Shown: positions 18,312 through 28,447, numbered from the stretch's first letter. The stretch is 64,000 nt of DNA from Minisyncoccota bacterium (GCA_035546575.1 DASZWN010000001.1:212875-276874); one strand, 5' to 3'. Made by a program: numbers and translations. Notes: generated from the letters alone by a model not told the origin.

Positions 18312-20075
18312 ATGGAAATTCGAAACATCGCTATTATTGCGCACGTGGACCACGGCAAGACAACCTTGACCGACGCTTTGCTTAAGCAAACGGGCGTCGC
18401 CGAGGAGGGTGTCTCGATGGACTCAAACACGCTCGAGCAGGAGCGCGGCATCACTATTTATGCCAAAAACGCCTCTATTCCGTACAAGGACGGCAAGATA
18501 AACATCGTCGACACGCCAGGCCACGCCGACTTTGGCTCCGAGGTGGAGCGCGTGCTGCGCTCTATCGACTCGGTGCTTTTGGTCGTGGACGCACAAGAGG
18601 GCCCAATGCCGCAGACTCGCTTTGTGCTCAAGAAGTCGCTCGAGCTCGGCCTCAAGCCGATTGTGGTTATCAACAAGATCGACAAGCCCGCTGCAAACCC
18701 GGCGCAATGCGAGGAGCAAGTACTCGAGCTCTTTTTGGAGCTTGGCGCCAACGACGAGCAGAGCAACTTTCCGGTTGTGTACGCTATTGGTCGCCAAGGC
18801 ATTGCAAAGCTCAAACTCACCGACGAGTCGACTGATCTTACGCCGCTTCTGGACACAATCATCAAGCACGTACCCTCCTCGGCAAAGGAGACTGCGGGCC
18901 AGGCATTGATGGCGCAGCCATTTAACCTCGGTTACGACAACTTTTTGGGCCGCCTCGCTATCGCGCGCGTATATGAGGGCGTCCTCAAAACTGGCGACGC
19001 AGTATTTGTAAAAAAGCCGAACGGCGAGACTCGCTCGGGCAAGATCACCAAACTCTTTACTTTTAAAGGGCTCCAGAAAATAGAGACACCAGAGGCTCCG
19101 GCGGGGGACATCGTGCTTGTGGCCGGCCTCACCGACATTTACATCGGCGAAACTATCACAAGCGACCAAAATGCGGCACCCCTTCCGGCTATCGCAATCG
19201 ACGAGCCAACCATTACGCTCGACTTTTTTGTTAACTCGTCGCCGTTTGCCGGCCGCGAAGGAAAATTTGTCACCTCGCGCCAAATCCGCGAGCGCCTTGA
19301 GCGCGAGCTCGAGGTCAATGTAGGGCTCAAGGTAGAGTTTGATGCCGGCGACATGTACCACGTGTCCGGCCGCGGCGAGCTCCACATCGCAATCCTCCTT
19401 GAAAACATGCGCCGCGAGGGCTACGAGATGCAGGTCTCGCAGCCGCACGTAATTTTGGAAGAGCGCGAGGGGCAAACCTACGAGCCGTTCGAGGAAATCG
19501 TTATCGACACGCCGTCTGAGTTCCAGGGCGCTATTATCGAAAAGCTCGGATTGCGCAAATGCATTCTTAAAGACGTGCGTCCCCACAGCGAGAGCGTGCG
19601 CATGCTCTTTGAGGGTCCGACGCGCGGGCTCCTGGGCTACCGCTCACAATTTGTGCTCGACACCAAGGGCGAGGGCATACTCTCAAGCCGTTTTATCGAG
19701 TTCCGCCCGTACGCGGGCGAGATAGTAAAGCGCGTTGTCGGCTCGATGATCTCGATGGCAACCGGCAAAGCGCTCGGCTTTTCTCTCTGGAACCTCCAGG
19801 ATCGCGGCGTACTCTACATATCTCCGGCCGTAGAAGTGTACGAGGGGCAGGTTATCGGCAACACCAGCAAAGGCGAGGAGATGGAGGTTAACCCGACCAA
19901 GGGCAAACAGCTCACCAACATGCGCGCATCGGGCTCGGACGAGGCTATTAACCTGGTGCCGCCGTATACACTCACCATCGAGCGCGGCCTCGAGGTGATG
20001 GCCGAGGATGAATATCTTGAAATAACTCCCAAGAATGTACGTCTGCGCAAAAAGCCGAAAGAAAAACGACGTTAG
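18312..20075 (+). CDS. typA: Translational GTPase TypA/BipA
   Basis: [38 protein letters not shown]; start at ATG 18312 rather than the upstream extension of the listed ORF. Confidence 0.9.
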   Translation: MEIRNIAIIAHVDHGKTTLTDALLKQTGVAEEGVSMDSNTLEQERGITIYAKNASIPYKDGKINIVDTPGHADFGSEVERVLRSIDSVLLVVDAQEGPMPQTRFVLKKSLELGLKPIVVINKIDKPAANPAQCEEQVLELFLELGANDEQSNFPVVYAIGRQGIAKLKLTDESTDLTPLLDTIIKHVPSSAKETAGQALMAQPFNLGYDNFLGRLAIARVYEGVLKTGDAVFVKKPNGETRSGKITKLFTFKGLQKIETPEAPAGDIVLVAGLTDIYIGETITSDQNAAPLPAIAIDEPTITLDFFVNSSPFAGREGKFVTSRQIRERLERELEVNVGLKVEFDAGDMYHVSGRGELHIAILLENMRREGYEMQVSQPHVILEEREGQTYEPFEEIVIDTPSEFQGAIIEKLGLRKCILKDVRPHSESVRMLFEGPTRGLLGYRSQFVLDTKGEGILSSRFIEFRPYAGEIVKRVVGSMISMATGKALGFSLWNLQDRGVLYISPAVEVYEGQVIGNTSKGEEMEVNPTKGKQLTNMRASGSDEAINLVPPYTLTIERGLEVMAEDEYLEITPKNVRLRKKPKEKRR

Positions 20076-20144
20076 CACGCATACTTATTTCCTGAAGACT
20101 TCATTTCTGCTACAGGTTGTATACAATAGAATAACTTTAAAAAT

Positions 20145-20597
20145 ATGGATACCACAAACGAACCAAAAAGCGGATACGGGGTCTCGGTTATTGTCGCGCT
20201 GCTTATCATCATCGGCCTCGGCGGATGGTTTGCATATTACATCTCGCACACGCAGCCGCTTGTCGACGACACGCTGCGCGACCAATTTGTCTGGCATATC
20301 ACTCCAGGGCAGCCGCTCCCCGACAAAATAGGCCCGCGTACAAAAGTAACGCTCCAGATTGCCGATGCAGTACTGCCGGTTGGCACCTACGATGGCAATT
20401 GCGAGCTGATCGACGCCAAAAAAACTTCGCTCATGACCGACGAACTCTCCGGCGTTATCTGCCGCAATGGCACCACCGGAATGGAGGTGGGCATCTTTAA
20501 GCAAAACGGAGAACTTTTGATCAAACAAGGTCCGATCAAGACCGAAAACGGCCGCGGACAAGACTTTGTCCCGGTCGTACAGCAAACCACCTCGTAA
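20145..20597 (+). CDS. Hypothetical membrane-anchored protein
   Basis: N-terminal TM, soluble domain without motifs. Confidence 0.5.
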   Translation: MDTTNEPKSGYGVSVIVALLIIIGLGGWFAYYISHTQPLVDDTLRDQFVWHITPGQPLPDKIGPRTKVTLQIADAVLPVGTYDGNCELIDAKKTSLMTDELSGVICRNGTTGMEVGIFKQNGELLIKQGPIKTENGRGQDFVPVVQQTTS

Positions 20598-20645
20598 TCT
20601 CCGTTGTAAGCAGGAGGCCGCTCTCGCGTCAGCTATACTAAAGGT

Positions 20646-21806
20646 ATGAAACCGCGATTCTTTTCCTATTTCTCAATACTTGCGCTCGGATTGCTTTTCC
20701 TATTGCCTTCGGCCGCATCTGCTGCGCCGCTTAAGAATACGCTTGAGGTCAGCGGCTGGATACCGTATTGGCGCGAGGCAACCGGTACCGCCGACGTGAT
20801 GCCCAATATAAAAAATCTCACCGCAATCCAGCCATTTGGTTACATTGTAAACTCCGACGGCATACTCACCGATGCGATGGGTATTGCCGACGAGCCATGG
20901 AAAAGCCTTCGCGCCGCCGCCAAAGCAAACAAGGTACGCTTTATTCCGACCGTGATGTGGAGCGATGGCGCCTCGATACAGCGCATACTTTCCAACCAGG
21001 CGACACGTATCGACCTTGAAGACAGGATCGCTCAGCTGGCAAAAGACGAGGGCTTTGACGGCATTGATATCGATTTTGAGGCAAAGTATGCGGAGACCAG
21101 GCCCTACTTCTCGCTGTTTTTGAAGGGCCTTTATCAGCGCATGGGTCCTAAGTGGGTGTATTGCTCGATAGAGTCGCGTACGCCGCTCGATTCGCGCTAC
21201 GAGGGCACGCCGCCCAAAGATGCGGGTATTTATGCCAACGACTTTGTCGAGATCAATAAATATTGCGATCGCGTACAGATCATGGCGTACGACCAGGGCT
21301 CGATCGATCTCAAACTTAATGCCTCGAATGCAGGCCCCTACGCGCCCATTGCCGACATTAACTGGGTGGAGAAGGTAATGAAGGTCGCCGCACAAACGAT
21401 CTCTAAGAAAAAGCTCGTGCTCGGTATCCCAACCTATGGCTACGAGTACGCGGTGACGCCACTCGCGCAGGAAGGGTATCGCTATGATTTGCTCTGGGCG
21501 TTTAACCAGCAGTATGCGTATGACATCGCAAAGCAATTTAATCTCACACCATATCGCTCAAGCGGGGGAGAGATGACCTTTACCTATATCCCAACCTCAA
21601 CTCCGACCACGGTGGGCGTACCAAACTCGGCAACCGCAGCGGGGCCGGTTGCCGCGCAAGTGCAGCCGTTTAATATCTTGACCTGGGACGACTCGCTCGC
21701 AATAGCTCAAAAGATAGCACTCGCAAAAAGACTCGGCCTCAAGGGTGTGGCGATATTTAAGTTCGACGGGGGCGAGGACCAAGCCTTTTGGAACTTAATT
21801 AAATAG
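20646..21806 (+). CDS. Secreted glycoside hydrolase family 18-like protein
   Basis: Signal peptide; DGIDIDFE matches GH18 catalytic DGxDxDxE motif. Confidence 0.6.
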   Translation: MKPRFFSYFSILALGLLFLLPSAASAAPLKNTLEVSGWIPYWREATGTADVMPNIKNLTAIQPFGYIVNSDGILTDAMGIADEPWKSLRAAAKANKVRFIPTVMWSDGASIQRILSNQATRIDLEDRIAQLAKDEGFDGIDIDFEAKYAETRPYFSLFLKGLYQRMGPKWVYCSIESRTPLDSRYEGTPPKDAGIYANDFVEINKYCDRVQIMAYDQGSIDLKLNASNAGPYAPIADINWVEKVMKVAAQTISKKKLVLGIPTYGYEYAVTPLAQEGYRYDLLWAFNQQYAYDIAKQFNLTPYRSSGGEMTFTYIPTSTPTTVGVPNSATAAGPVAAQVQPFNILTWDDSLAIAQKIALAKRLGLKGVAIFKFDGGEDQAFWNLIK

Positions 21807-21896
21807 CCTTGTGGTATACTCGACCAGGTTCTATTTCACTCATGAATCCTTCACGCCTGAGCGTGCACACTTACAAAGTTAGCTAACACTCTATAT

Positions 21897-22766
21897 ATGA
21901 AAACAAGCACAGCTGCAATTGTCGTTATTGTCCTTCTGCTCCTGATTGGCGGCGGCTGGTGGTATTATGCTGGCAAGGCGCCGGCAACTACGACGCCTCC
22001 CACAACGGAGACTCCGCTCGCAACAACCGCATTTGCTTGCGACGCAGGCAAATCTATTGGCGCAACGTTTTACACCGGGCGCGCCGACATTGTACTGAGC
22101 GATGGCCGCACGCTTTCACTCCCGCAAACACAATCAGGCTCCGGTATCCGCTATGCTGCTACCGATGAGTCGGTGATCTTTTGGGGCAAAGGCAACACGG
22201 CTTTTGTAGAGGAAGGGGCTGATCAGCGTCAGACGTATACCGGCTGCATTCTTGTCTCGCCAGACCCGTCAAACACACTCAGCCAAATTTACGCAACCTC
22301 GACGCTTGGGTTTAGTTTGCGTACTCCGGCTGGTTACATGCCGCTCGCATACACCTATCAAGCGCTCGGGCCAAACAAGGGAATTAAAGGTGTAAAGTTT
22401 ACTATCCCGGCAACCTCGGCAACTGGCACCAACCTTTCTAAAGACACCTACATCAGTGTAGAAGAGCTCCCAAATTCAACTACCTGCTTAGCATCTGAGT
22501 TCCTGGAACCGGGCGCAAAAGCGATTACGTTTACCGATGCGGGCGTCGACTACTCGGCAGCAACGTCAAGCGACGCGGGTGCGGGCAACCTCTACGATGA
22601 GGCCGTATTCTCTATCCCGGGCACCAGCCCGTGCATTGCCGTGCGCTACTTTATCCACTCAACGCAGTTTGCTAATTATCCGGCAGGCAGCGTTGTCGAG
22701 TTTAGCCGCGAGGCGGTCATCAACGAGTTCGACGCAATCCGCCGCAGTCTGGTAATCGGCCGCTAG
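21897..22766 (+). CDS. Membrane-anchored protein with N-terminal MliC-like (lysozyme-inhibitor fold) domain, paralog A
   Basis: AFACDAGKSIGATFYTG...SGSGIRYAATDESVIFWGKGNTAFV resembles MliC domain; paralogous to 23477..24343. Confidence 0.55.
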   Translation: MKTSTAAIVVIVLLLLIGGGWWYYAGKAPATTTPPTTETPLATTAFACDAGKSIGATFYTGRADIVLSDGRTLSLPQTQSGSGIRYAATDESVIFWGKGNTAFVEEGADQRQTYTGCILVSPDPSNTLSQIYATSTLGFSLRTPAGYMPLAYTYQALGPNKGIKGVKFTIPATSATGTNLSKDTYISVEELPNSTTCLASEFLEPGAKAITFTDAGVDYSAATSSDAGAGNLYDEAVFSIPGTSPCIAVRYFIHSTQFANYPAGSVVEFSREAVINEFDAIRRSLVIGR

Positions 22767-22808
22767 CCCGTCCAGGAAAAAGAAAGCGCGTAATAGTACA
22801 CTAGGTAG

Positions 22809-23459
22809 GTGAGCCAAAAGTATCTATATATCGCAGCTATAGCGGTACTCCTCGCACTCGCGACCTTTGTGGGCCTGTATCTCCGTATCCAGTTTGAGAC
22901 CAGGCAGTATATCTATTCAAGCGTCGAGAGCGCACCCACAACGCAAGTGGCGCTGGTGCTTGGAGCGTCGGTGATGCGCAACGGTACGCTCTCGCCGGTC
23001 CTTGAGGAGCGGGTCGACAAAGCAGTTGAGCTCTATCGCATGCATAAAGTATCCAAAATTTTGATGACCGGCGACAACAGCACCATTGCCCACAACGAGG
23101 TAGAGCCGGTGCGCCGTTACTTGCTTGCGGCAGATGTTCGGCCGGAGGATATCTTTTTGGACCATGCAGGGTTTGATACCTACTCAAGTATGTATCGCGC
23201 ACGCGATGTCTTTGCAGTGACCTCGGTCACCATTGTGACGCAACCGTTCCACCTGCCGCGCGCGGTATATATTGCTAGAGAGCTCGGGCTTAATGCGGTG
23301 GGTATCGAGGCGGGGGAGCCGGGTAAATATCTGTACAACTACGCGCGCGAGGCGCCAGCTTCTATCAAGGCTGAGCTCGACCTCCTGTTTTACCGAATCC
23401 CCAAGTATTTAGGCCCTCAATTCCCTATAACCGGTACCGGTACCACCACTTGGGAGTAG
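22809..23459 (+). CDS. SanA/YdcF (DUF218) family protein
   Basis: N-terminal TM then DUF218 core (VALVLGASV...KILMTGDNST...FDTYSSMYRAR). Confidence 0.65.
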   Translation: MSQKYLYIAAIAVLLALATFVGLYLRIQFETRQYIYSSVESAPTTQVALVLGASVMRNGTLSPVLEERVDKAVELYRMHKVSKILMTGDNSTIAHNEVEPVRRYLLAADVRPEDIFLDHAGFDTYSSMYRARDVFAVTSVTIVTQPFHLPRAVYIARELGLNAVGIEAGEPGKYLYNYAREAPASIKAELDLLFYRIPKYLGPQFPITGTGTTTWE

Positions 23460-23476
23460 CTGTTATACTTAAGGGT

Positions 23477-24343
23477 ATGAACTCGATTAATCTTCGCGTT
23501 ATCTTTATCGGACTGTTTGCGATATTAGTACTTGGAGTTGGTGGGTTTTATCTGTGGAACAAGCTCGGAGCGCGCACGGTGCCGCCGCTCTCGTCGGTTG
23601 CCTATACCTGCGATGCTGGCAAAACAATACAAGCGGACTTTTATGAAAAGAGCGTCAAAATCGTACTCAGCGACGGGCGCGAGTTCTCGCTCCCGCAGAT
23701 GGTCTCGAGCGTAGGCGACCGCTACACCAACGCAGAAAAATCGATCGTGTTTGAGCGCGACGGCGACACCGCGCATGTGGGCGAGGGCTCATCGGAGATA
23801 CCAACCTACAGTAACTGCACCGCGGCGGGCAGCGAGGCAGCCTCGATGGGCACCTATACCTCAACCGCAGCATCATCGACGCCGGGCTTTACTGTAAAAT
23901 ATCCAAAAACATTCTCGCTCAACAGTGCGTATGTGAACGAGACCTTCCCTAAAAAGCCTATCAGCGGCATCAAGCTCACTGTCCCGGAGACGATGGCTAC
24001 CGGTACAAACCTCTCCAGTGACACAGGCCTCTCGGTAGAGTGGCTTCCGAATGCTCGTAACTGTACCGGCGATATTTTTGTAGCCGAAAATGTTAAAGCA
24101 CAAAAAGTAACCGAAAACGGCGTCAGTTACTCGGTAGCCACGACAAGCGGTGCAGGTGCGGGCAACCTCTACGAGGAGACCGTGTATGCTATCTCGGGCT
24201 CCAAGCCATGCACTGCCGTGCGCTACTTTGTACACTCAGGCAATATCGGCAATTATCCTGCGGGCACCGTGACCGAGTTCGACAGGGCAGGGCTCATGGC
24301 CCAGTTCGACAAAATCCGCCAGTCGCTCACGCTCAGCAACTAA
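23477..24343 (+). CDS. Membrane-anchored protein with N-terminal MliC-like domain, paralog B
   Basis: YTCDAGKTIQADFYEKSVKIVLSDGREFSLPQ...VGDRYTNAEKSIVFERDGDTAHV; same architecture and C-terminal domain as 21897..22766. Confidence 0.55.
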   Translation: MNSINLRVIFIGLFAILVLGVGGFYLWNKLGARTVPPLSSVAYTCDAGKTIQADFYEKSVKIVLSDGREFSLPQMVSSVGDRYTNAEKSIVFERDGDTAHVGEGSSEIPTYSNCTAAGSEAASMGTYTSTAASSTPGFTVKYPKTFSLNSAYVNETFPKKPISGIKLTVPETMATGTNLSSDTGLSVEWLPNARNCTGDIFVAENVKAQKVTENGVSYSVATTSGAGAGNLYEETVYAISGSKPCTAVRYFVHSGNIGNYPAGTVTEFDRAGLMAQFDKIRQSLTLSN

Positions 24344-24360
24344 TTATAAAAAGTAGAAGG

Positions 24361-24386
24361 CCCCGCGCGGAATGGTCCGCGCGGGG
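24361..24386. terminator. GC-rich palindromic hairpin (CCCCGCGCGGaatggtCCGCGCGGGG) at left border of island
   Basis: Perfect 10-bp stem between convergent genes. Confidence 0.55.
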
Positions 24387-24402
24387 CTATTGTATTGATT
24401 GG

Positions 24403-24870
24403 TCAGATGTTGCCGTCGATCAGGTCGCGATGCAGGAACGTCAGCGCGTTGAAGCATGCGTTGCCGATCGACTTCCAGAACTTGCGCATCTTCTGCCGAC
24501 GGGCAAGCCGGAGCTCCTCGGCGGTTGGTATGTAGACCGTCGTCTTGCCCGAGATAATGTTCTCGCGAGTCCGACGCAGCACCTGCATGAGGTGCGAATG
24601 CGTCGTCTCCTTGGCATCGTTGAAGCTGGGGATGCTGTCGTAACGCAGCGGCCGGCCTTCGTTCGCTGTGGCGAGGATGGCCGGCCCCAGGTACATCACG
24701 CCCAGATTCCGCATGGTCTGCTCTGCGCAGGCCAGGTTGGGATTCCAGAAGTCACGGGCCCTGTATTGGAGCCAGTTGTCTTCGTTGCGGAGCTTGCCGA
24801 TGAGCTGGTCGATCTCGGCGAGCCCTGTCGGGGCAAAGGCGAGAACGGGGATAGTGCCGTCTGCAGCCAT
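24403..24870 (-). CDS. Hypothetical protein (155 aa) of unknown function
   Basis: AGGAGA SD 7 nt upstream of ATG at 24870; high GC; no recognisable motif. Confidence 0.5.
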   Translation of the reverse strand: MAADGTIPVLAFAPTGLAEIDQLIGKLRNEDNWLQYRARDFWNPNLACAEQTMRNLGVMYLGPAILATANEGRPLRYDSIPSFNDAKETTHSHLMQVLRRTRENIISGKTTVYIPTAEELRLARRQKMRKFWKSIGNACFNALTFLHRDLIDGNI

Positions 24871-24991
24871 GGATATTTCTCCTGTTTCGAGTTGCCGTTC
24901 AGTACAAAAAGTCTTGCTATACAGTACCGCAAAACGATGCAATGTCAATATATAGAAAATCCCGGCCGCTTGGTGTGCGGCCGGGGAAGGG

Positions 24992-25306
24992 TCATAAAAA
25001 ATTTTCGCTCGGTTTGTTTTTCTCCGACTCAGCCTTCAGCTTCTTGAGCATGGCCTGAGCCTTTTTCATTGCCGCCTCAAGGATCTTCATGGCCTCGTCG
25101 ACGACGGCTGCCGCCTGCTGGTAGGACATGTTGCCGCTGCTGCCGTAGGGCGCTTCGCCCCTTGCCTGGAGCAGATGGAACGCCCTCTGGCTGCTGTGCA
25201 AAAAGATGTCCTCAGCAGCCTGATCAATAAGATCGGGGCTTTGAACAACGAGCTCTTTGCCTGGCTTGGGTTTGTTGGGAAACAATTGGTAAACCTTCGC
25301 GCTCAC
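24992..25306 (-). CDS. Hypothetical protein (104 aa) with Lys/Ala-rich C-terminal helix
   Basis: GGAGG SD then GTG; C-terminus AMKILEAAMKKAQAMLKKLKAESEK predicted coiled. Confidence 0.4.
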   Translation of the reverse strand: MSAKVYQLFPNKPKPGKELVVQSPDLIDQAAEDIFLHSSQRAFHLLQARGEAPYGSSGNMSYQQAAAVVDEAMKILEAAMKKAQAMLKKLKAESEKNKPSENFL

Positions 25307-25379
25307 GATTCGCCTCCGTCTTACACTGTCTATTGTAGACAATACAGAAAAATATTCATGACGGCAAATAAAAAGTAGC

Positions 25380-25404
25380 CGCGCGAGGGAGTCCCTCGCG
25401 CGGT
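25380..25404 (-). terminator. Palindromic hairpin terminator (CCGCGCGAGGGAgtCCCTCGCGCGG) followed by T-run on minus strand
   Basis: Perfect 12-bp stem; serves the minus-strand genes 25406..25600 and upstream. Confidence 0.5.
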
Positions 25405-25405
25405 G

Positions 25406-25600
25406 TTACTGCTCTTCTACCCCAAAGATGAAGTAGAGTCCCTTTCGTGTCAGGTCGACCCAGATAACGAGCAGGGCGATCTGCAGGGCAACGATGCCCA
25501 CCTGTATGGCTGCTTCGCCCAAGCCCCAGGGGAGAGCCTGAGCCAGGTCTTGCTTGGTCTGCAAAACCTGCAGCCAAAAATAGTCCCATGCGTCGTTCAT
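25406..25600 (-). CDS. Small single-TM membrane protein (64 aa)
   Basis: GGGAGGAG SD before ATG; MNDAWDYFWLQV...VGIVALQIALLVIWV hydrophobic helix. Confidence 0.4.
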   Translation of the reverse strand: MNDAWDYFWLQVLQTKQDLAQALPWGLGEAAIQVGIVALQIALLVIWVDLTRKGLYFIFGVEEQ

Positions 25601-25713
25601 TGACTCCTCCCGATGTGCGTTCGATAGGCACTGTAGCAAAACTACAGTGATTTGCTACTAGGGTAGCAATTTGGCATAGTGCTCTGTGGAATAGTGGAGA
25701 AAAGGAGAGACGG

Positions 25714-26523
25714 ATGTACAACACAGCACACGTGTACGACCTGTCGTTCGTCGCTCCCACGCGGAAGCCACGGACAAAACCTCAGATCGTCTTTACGCTT
25801 GATGAGGAGCTCCTTAGCGAGCTCAATAACCGCCTACAACATCTGCTGCGCAGAGTAAACGCGGCAAGATACTGCGGAAGAGAGGTGCAGTTTTGGTATC
25901 CAACTCCAGACCTGTTCGGCCGCATCGAGTTTGGATTCGAGAAATGCGGATTAATGACCAAGCACGATGGCGATGTAAGCTTGCGGATCGAGTTGAGCGA
26001 GGAGATGCTATTCTGCTCTACTTTGACAATAAACCTGCTCGCGCATGCACTCATTGTGCCATTTGAGGGCCGCAAACTCTCAAACCGCCCTCAGCTGATC
26101 GACCTAGAGACTCTTTGCGATCGCGATCGGTTGCAAGGCTACGGCCATGACATAGGCGGCTATGTGTCGGGTGGAGTGAATGCCTGGCTCCGAAAGCAGG
26201 GAACGCAGGTTCCCGACGACAGGTACAGCATTCCTGTACCTGAGGAGGTTATTACCGCCATGCGCCACGCATGGTACGCGGTAGCAGCCGAGGATCAAAA
26301 ACGCTGGGCGAGCGAGTGCGGAGGGCGTATAGCAAACGACGGGCGCTTCATGCTCGAGTGCTTTGGGAATGCGTGCGACGTCGCAATCTATCCGGATAAT
26401 GCTGTCGCAGACGAGAAGGGTTCAGTCCCGTTCAGTTGCCACAACCTCGACCGCCCCGACCAGCAAATTACGCTGATCGCTGGCCTGGCAAAGTTGTGTG
26501 AGCTGGTTCGTAAAGAAGAGTAG
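25714..26523 (+). CDS. Hypothetical protein (269 aa)
   Basis: AAGGAGA SD 6 nt before ATG; Cys/His-containing, no family recognised. Confidence 0.55.
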   Translation: MYNTAHVYDLSFVAPTRKPRTKPQIVFTLDEELLSELNNRLQHLLRRVNAARYCGREVQFWYPTPDLFGRIEFGFEKCGLMTKHDGDVSLRIELSEEMLFCSTLTINLLAHALIVPFEGRKLSNRPQLIDLETLCDRDRLQGYGHDIGGYVSGGVNAWLRKQGTQVPDDRYSIPVPEEVITAMRHAWYAVAAEDQKRWASECGGRIANDGRFMLECFGNACDVAIYPDNAVADEKGSVPFSCHNLDRPDQQITLIAGLAKLCELVRKEE

Positions 26524-26532
26524 AAAATAACA

Positions 26533-26564
26533 GGCCGCCCTAGCGATAGGGCGGCCTTTCTTCT
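26533..26564. terminator. Bidirectional hairpin terminator (AGGCCGCCCtagcgatAGGGCGGCCT + TTCTTCT)
   Basis: Between convergent genes 25714..26523 and 26585..26881. Confidence 0.55.
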
Positions 26565-26584
26565 GCGGGGCAATTGTATGAACT

Positions 26585-26881
26585 TTAGTGCTTGCTCGGC
26601 GGCTGACCCCAGTCTTCCCCGAGTACGCCGCGAATAAACTCCTTCGTCCTGGCGAGCCGCATTGCGGTGCGGCCTTCCATCACGGCAACCTCAGCGGCGC
26701 TGAAGCCCCAGAATTCCCTCATGGCGTCGAGTTGCCGGCGCTGATGCTCGGCCGTGTCCTTGTGCCCAGCCTCTTCGTTGATAAGGTAGGCCGAGTAGTG
26801 GCTCATGTAATGATCCTCCTGCTCCTCAAGGGGCCAGGCCTTCATTTCCTTGAGAGTCACAAAACCTTGTGCGGTAGACAT
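26585..26881 (-). CDS. Hypothetical protein (98 aa)
   Basis: AAGGAG SD 7 nt before ATG at 26881. Confidence 0.5.
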   Translation of the reverse strand: MSTAQGFVTLKEMKAWPLEEQEDHYMSHYSAYLINEEAGHKDTAEHQRRQLDAMREFWGFSAAEVAVMEGRTAMRLARTKEFIRGVLGEDWGQPPSKH

Positions 26882-26950
26882 GCTGCGGCTCCTTTCGCTG
26901 CTCTAAACCCAATCTAGCAAAAACAGGGTGCTTTTGATAGGGTAGGAGCC

Positions 26951-27460
26951 ATGGACCCGGAAGCAATGCTAAAAGGGCGCATGGCCGAGGCTTTAGTTGA
27001 AGAGATGCTCAAAAAAGCGGGCAACACTGTGTATCGCTTTGGGTATGAATCTGTCATTCAAAATCTTGTACAAGCTGGCGAAGTATTTGACCGATATACA
27101 GAGGTGGGGGAGAAGCTTAGAGCCATTCCAGATTTTGTTGTAATCGACAAAAACGGTAGACCAGCGTTTGTAGAAGTAAAGTTCCGATGGAATTCTGAGA
27201 TCCACGCTGACGATGTGGCGCGCCTTGAAAAGATAGAAAAGTATTGGCGCGCCGCAGTAATCTTTGTTAATTGTATAGAAAAACCATTTTTTAGAATTTC
27301 AGAACCCCCGTATCTTTCAGCAGATAAGCTTCTGCAATTAAAACCGCTCACATCAATCTCAGGGTGGAATGTAACTCCTGAATTAATAGAAGAGTATGAA
27401 AGAGTGGCACAGAAATACTTTGCTCCGACGCTAGTTACTCCATCGCAGAAGGGAAAGTAG
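26951..27460 (+). CDS. PD-(D/E)xK nuclease superfamily protein (YraN/Mrr-cat/Hjc-like core)
   Basis: AEALVEEMLKKAGNTVYRF ... IPDFVVIDKNGRPAFVEVKFR = helix + D ... (E)VK catalytic pattern of YraN/Mrr-type endonucleases; AT-rich. Confidence 0.55.
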   Translation: MDPEAMLKGRMAEALVEEMLKKAGNTVYRFGYESVIQNLVQAGEVFDRYTEVGEKLRAIPDFVVIDKNGRPAFVEVKFRWNSEIHADDVARLEKIEKYWRAAVIFVNCIEKPFFRISEPPYLSADKLLQLKPLTSISGWNVTPELIEEYERVAQKYFAPTLVTPSQKGK

Positions 27461-27496
27461 TAAAATTCCCCGGATTTGATAGGGTAGAGACAAAAT

Positions 27497-28447
27497 ATGC
27501 TTGGAAAAGTGGAAAAAGTTGATCTACGTAAGGCGTGGCCTCATGAGGCCCTAGATTTTACACGCTGGCTTGCTGAAGAGGCAAATCTCCGCTTGCTCTC
27601 AGAAGAGCTTGGGATTGAATTGGTGCACCTTGAGACCGAGGCAGGTGTGGGACGTTACAATGTCGATATCTTGGCTGAGGAACTTGGATCAGGGAAAAAG
27701 ATTATTATTGAAAATCAACTAGAGATAACAAATCACGATCATTTGGGCAAATTGATCACTTATGCATCTGGATACGATGCAAATATGGTCATTTGGGTTG
27801 TACGGGATGCTCGCGAGGAACATAGACAAGCTATTGATTGGCTTAACGAGCATACCGACGAGAATCTCGCATTTTTCTTAGTACAGTTAGAGCTTTGGCA
27901 GATTGGGAATTCTCCTTTCGCGCCAAAATTCAATATTATTTCAAAACCTAATGATTGGGCAAAAGTGGTAAAACGTTCTTTTGAGGGAGGCGAAATAACG
28001 GAGACCAAAGCACAACAGCTTAGGTTCTGGAATGCCTTTCAAGAATATGCAAAGAAAGAGGGAGTTAATTTTAGGTTTGAAGAACCTCAACCTAAGCATT
28101 GGTTCAATATCTATCTCAGCACGCATTACGCTCTTATTTCTCTCTCCTTAAATTCTTTTGAGAGAGCAATCCGCACAGAGTTTTATATCCGCTCAAGTAA
28201 AGAACTATATACGTACCTCGAAGGACACCGCGAGACTATAGAAAAGGAGATAGGAGCAAAATTGGTGTGGATGCCACTTGAAGGGAAGAAAGCGAGTCGA
28301 ATAAAAATAGAACGTACGGGTGATATAGATGAAGAACGTAACTGGGAAGAGTATTTTGCATGGTGTTTAAAACAAGCTCAAGTATTTGCACGTGTATTTC
28401 CTAAATACATTAAGGAGTTTGATAAAAATAAGAAGTCTAGAAAATAA
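27497..28447 (+). CDS. Two-domain protein: N-terminal restriction-endonuclease-like domain (D...ENQLE) fused to C-terminal DUF4268
   Basis: GRYNVDILAEE...KKIIIENQLEITNHDHLGKLITYA then QQLRFWNAFQEYAKK...HWFNIYL...IKIERTGDIDEERNWEEYFAWCL matching DUF4268 pattern. Confidence 0.6.
   Translation: MLGKVEKVDLRKAWPHEALDFTRWLAEEANLRLLSEELGIELVHLETEAGVGRYNVDILAEELGSGKKIIIENQLEITNHDHLGKLITYASGYDANMVIWVVRDAREEHRQAIDWLNEHTDENLAFFLVQLELWQIGNSPFAPKFNIISKPNDWAKVVKRSFEGGEITETKAQQLRFWNAFQEYAKKEGVNFRFEEPQPKHWFNIYLSTHYALISLSLNSFERAIRTEFYIRSSKELYTYLEGHRETIEKEIGAKLVWMPLEGKKASRIKIERTGDIDEERNWEEYFAWCLKQAQVFARVFPKYIKEFDKNKKSRK

Noticed and set aside
18423-19586. 387-aa minus-strand ORF (and other long antisense ORFs such as 10417..11319, 20700..21536, 52127..53188, 14293..14931)
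   Set aside because: They lie antisense to well-conserved genes (typA, rlmB, the GH18 gene, groEL, the macA-like gene). Long antisense frames are expected from the GC-rich third positions, and their translations have no motifs.
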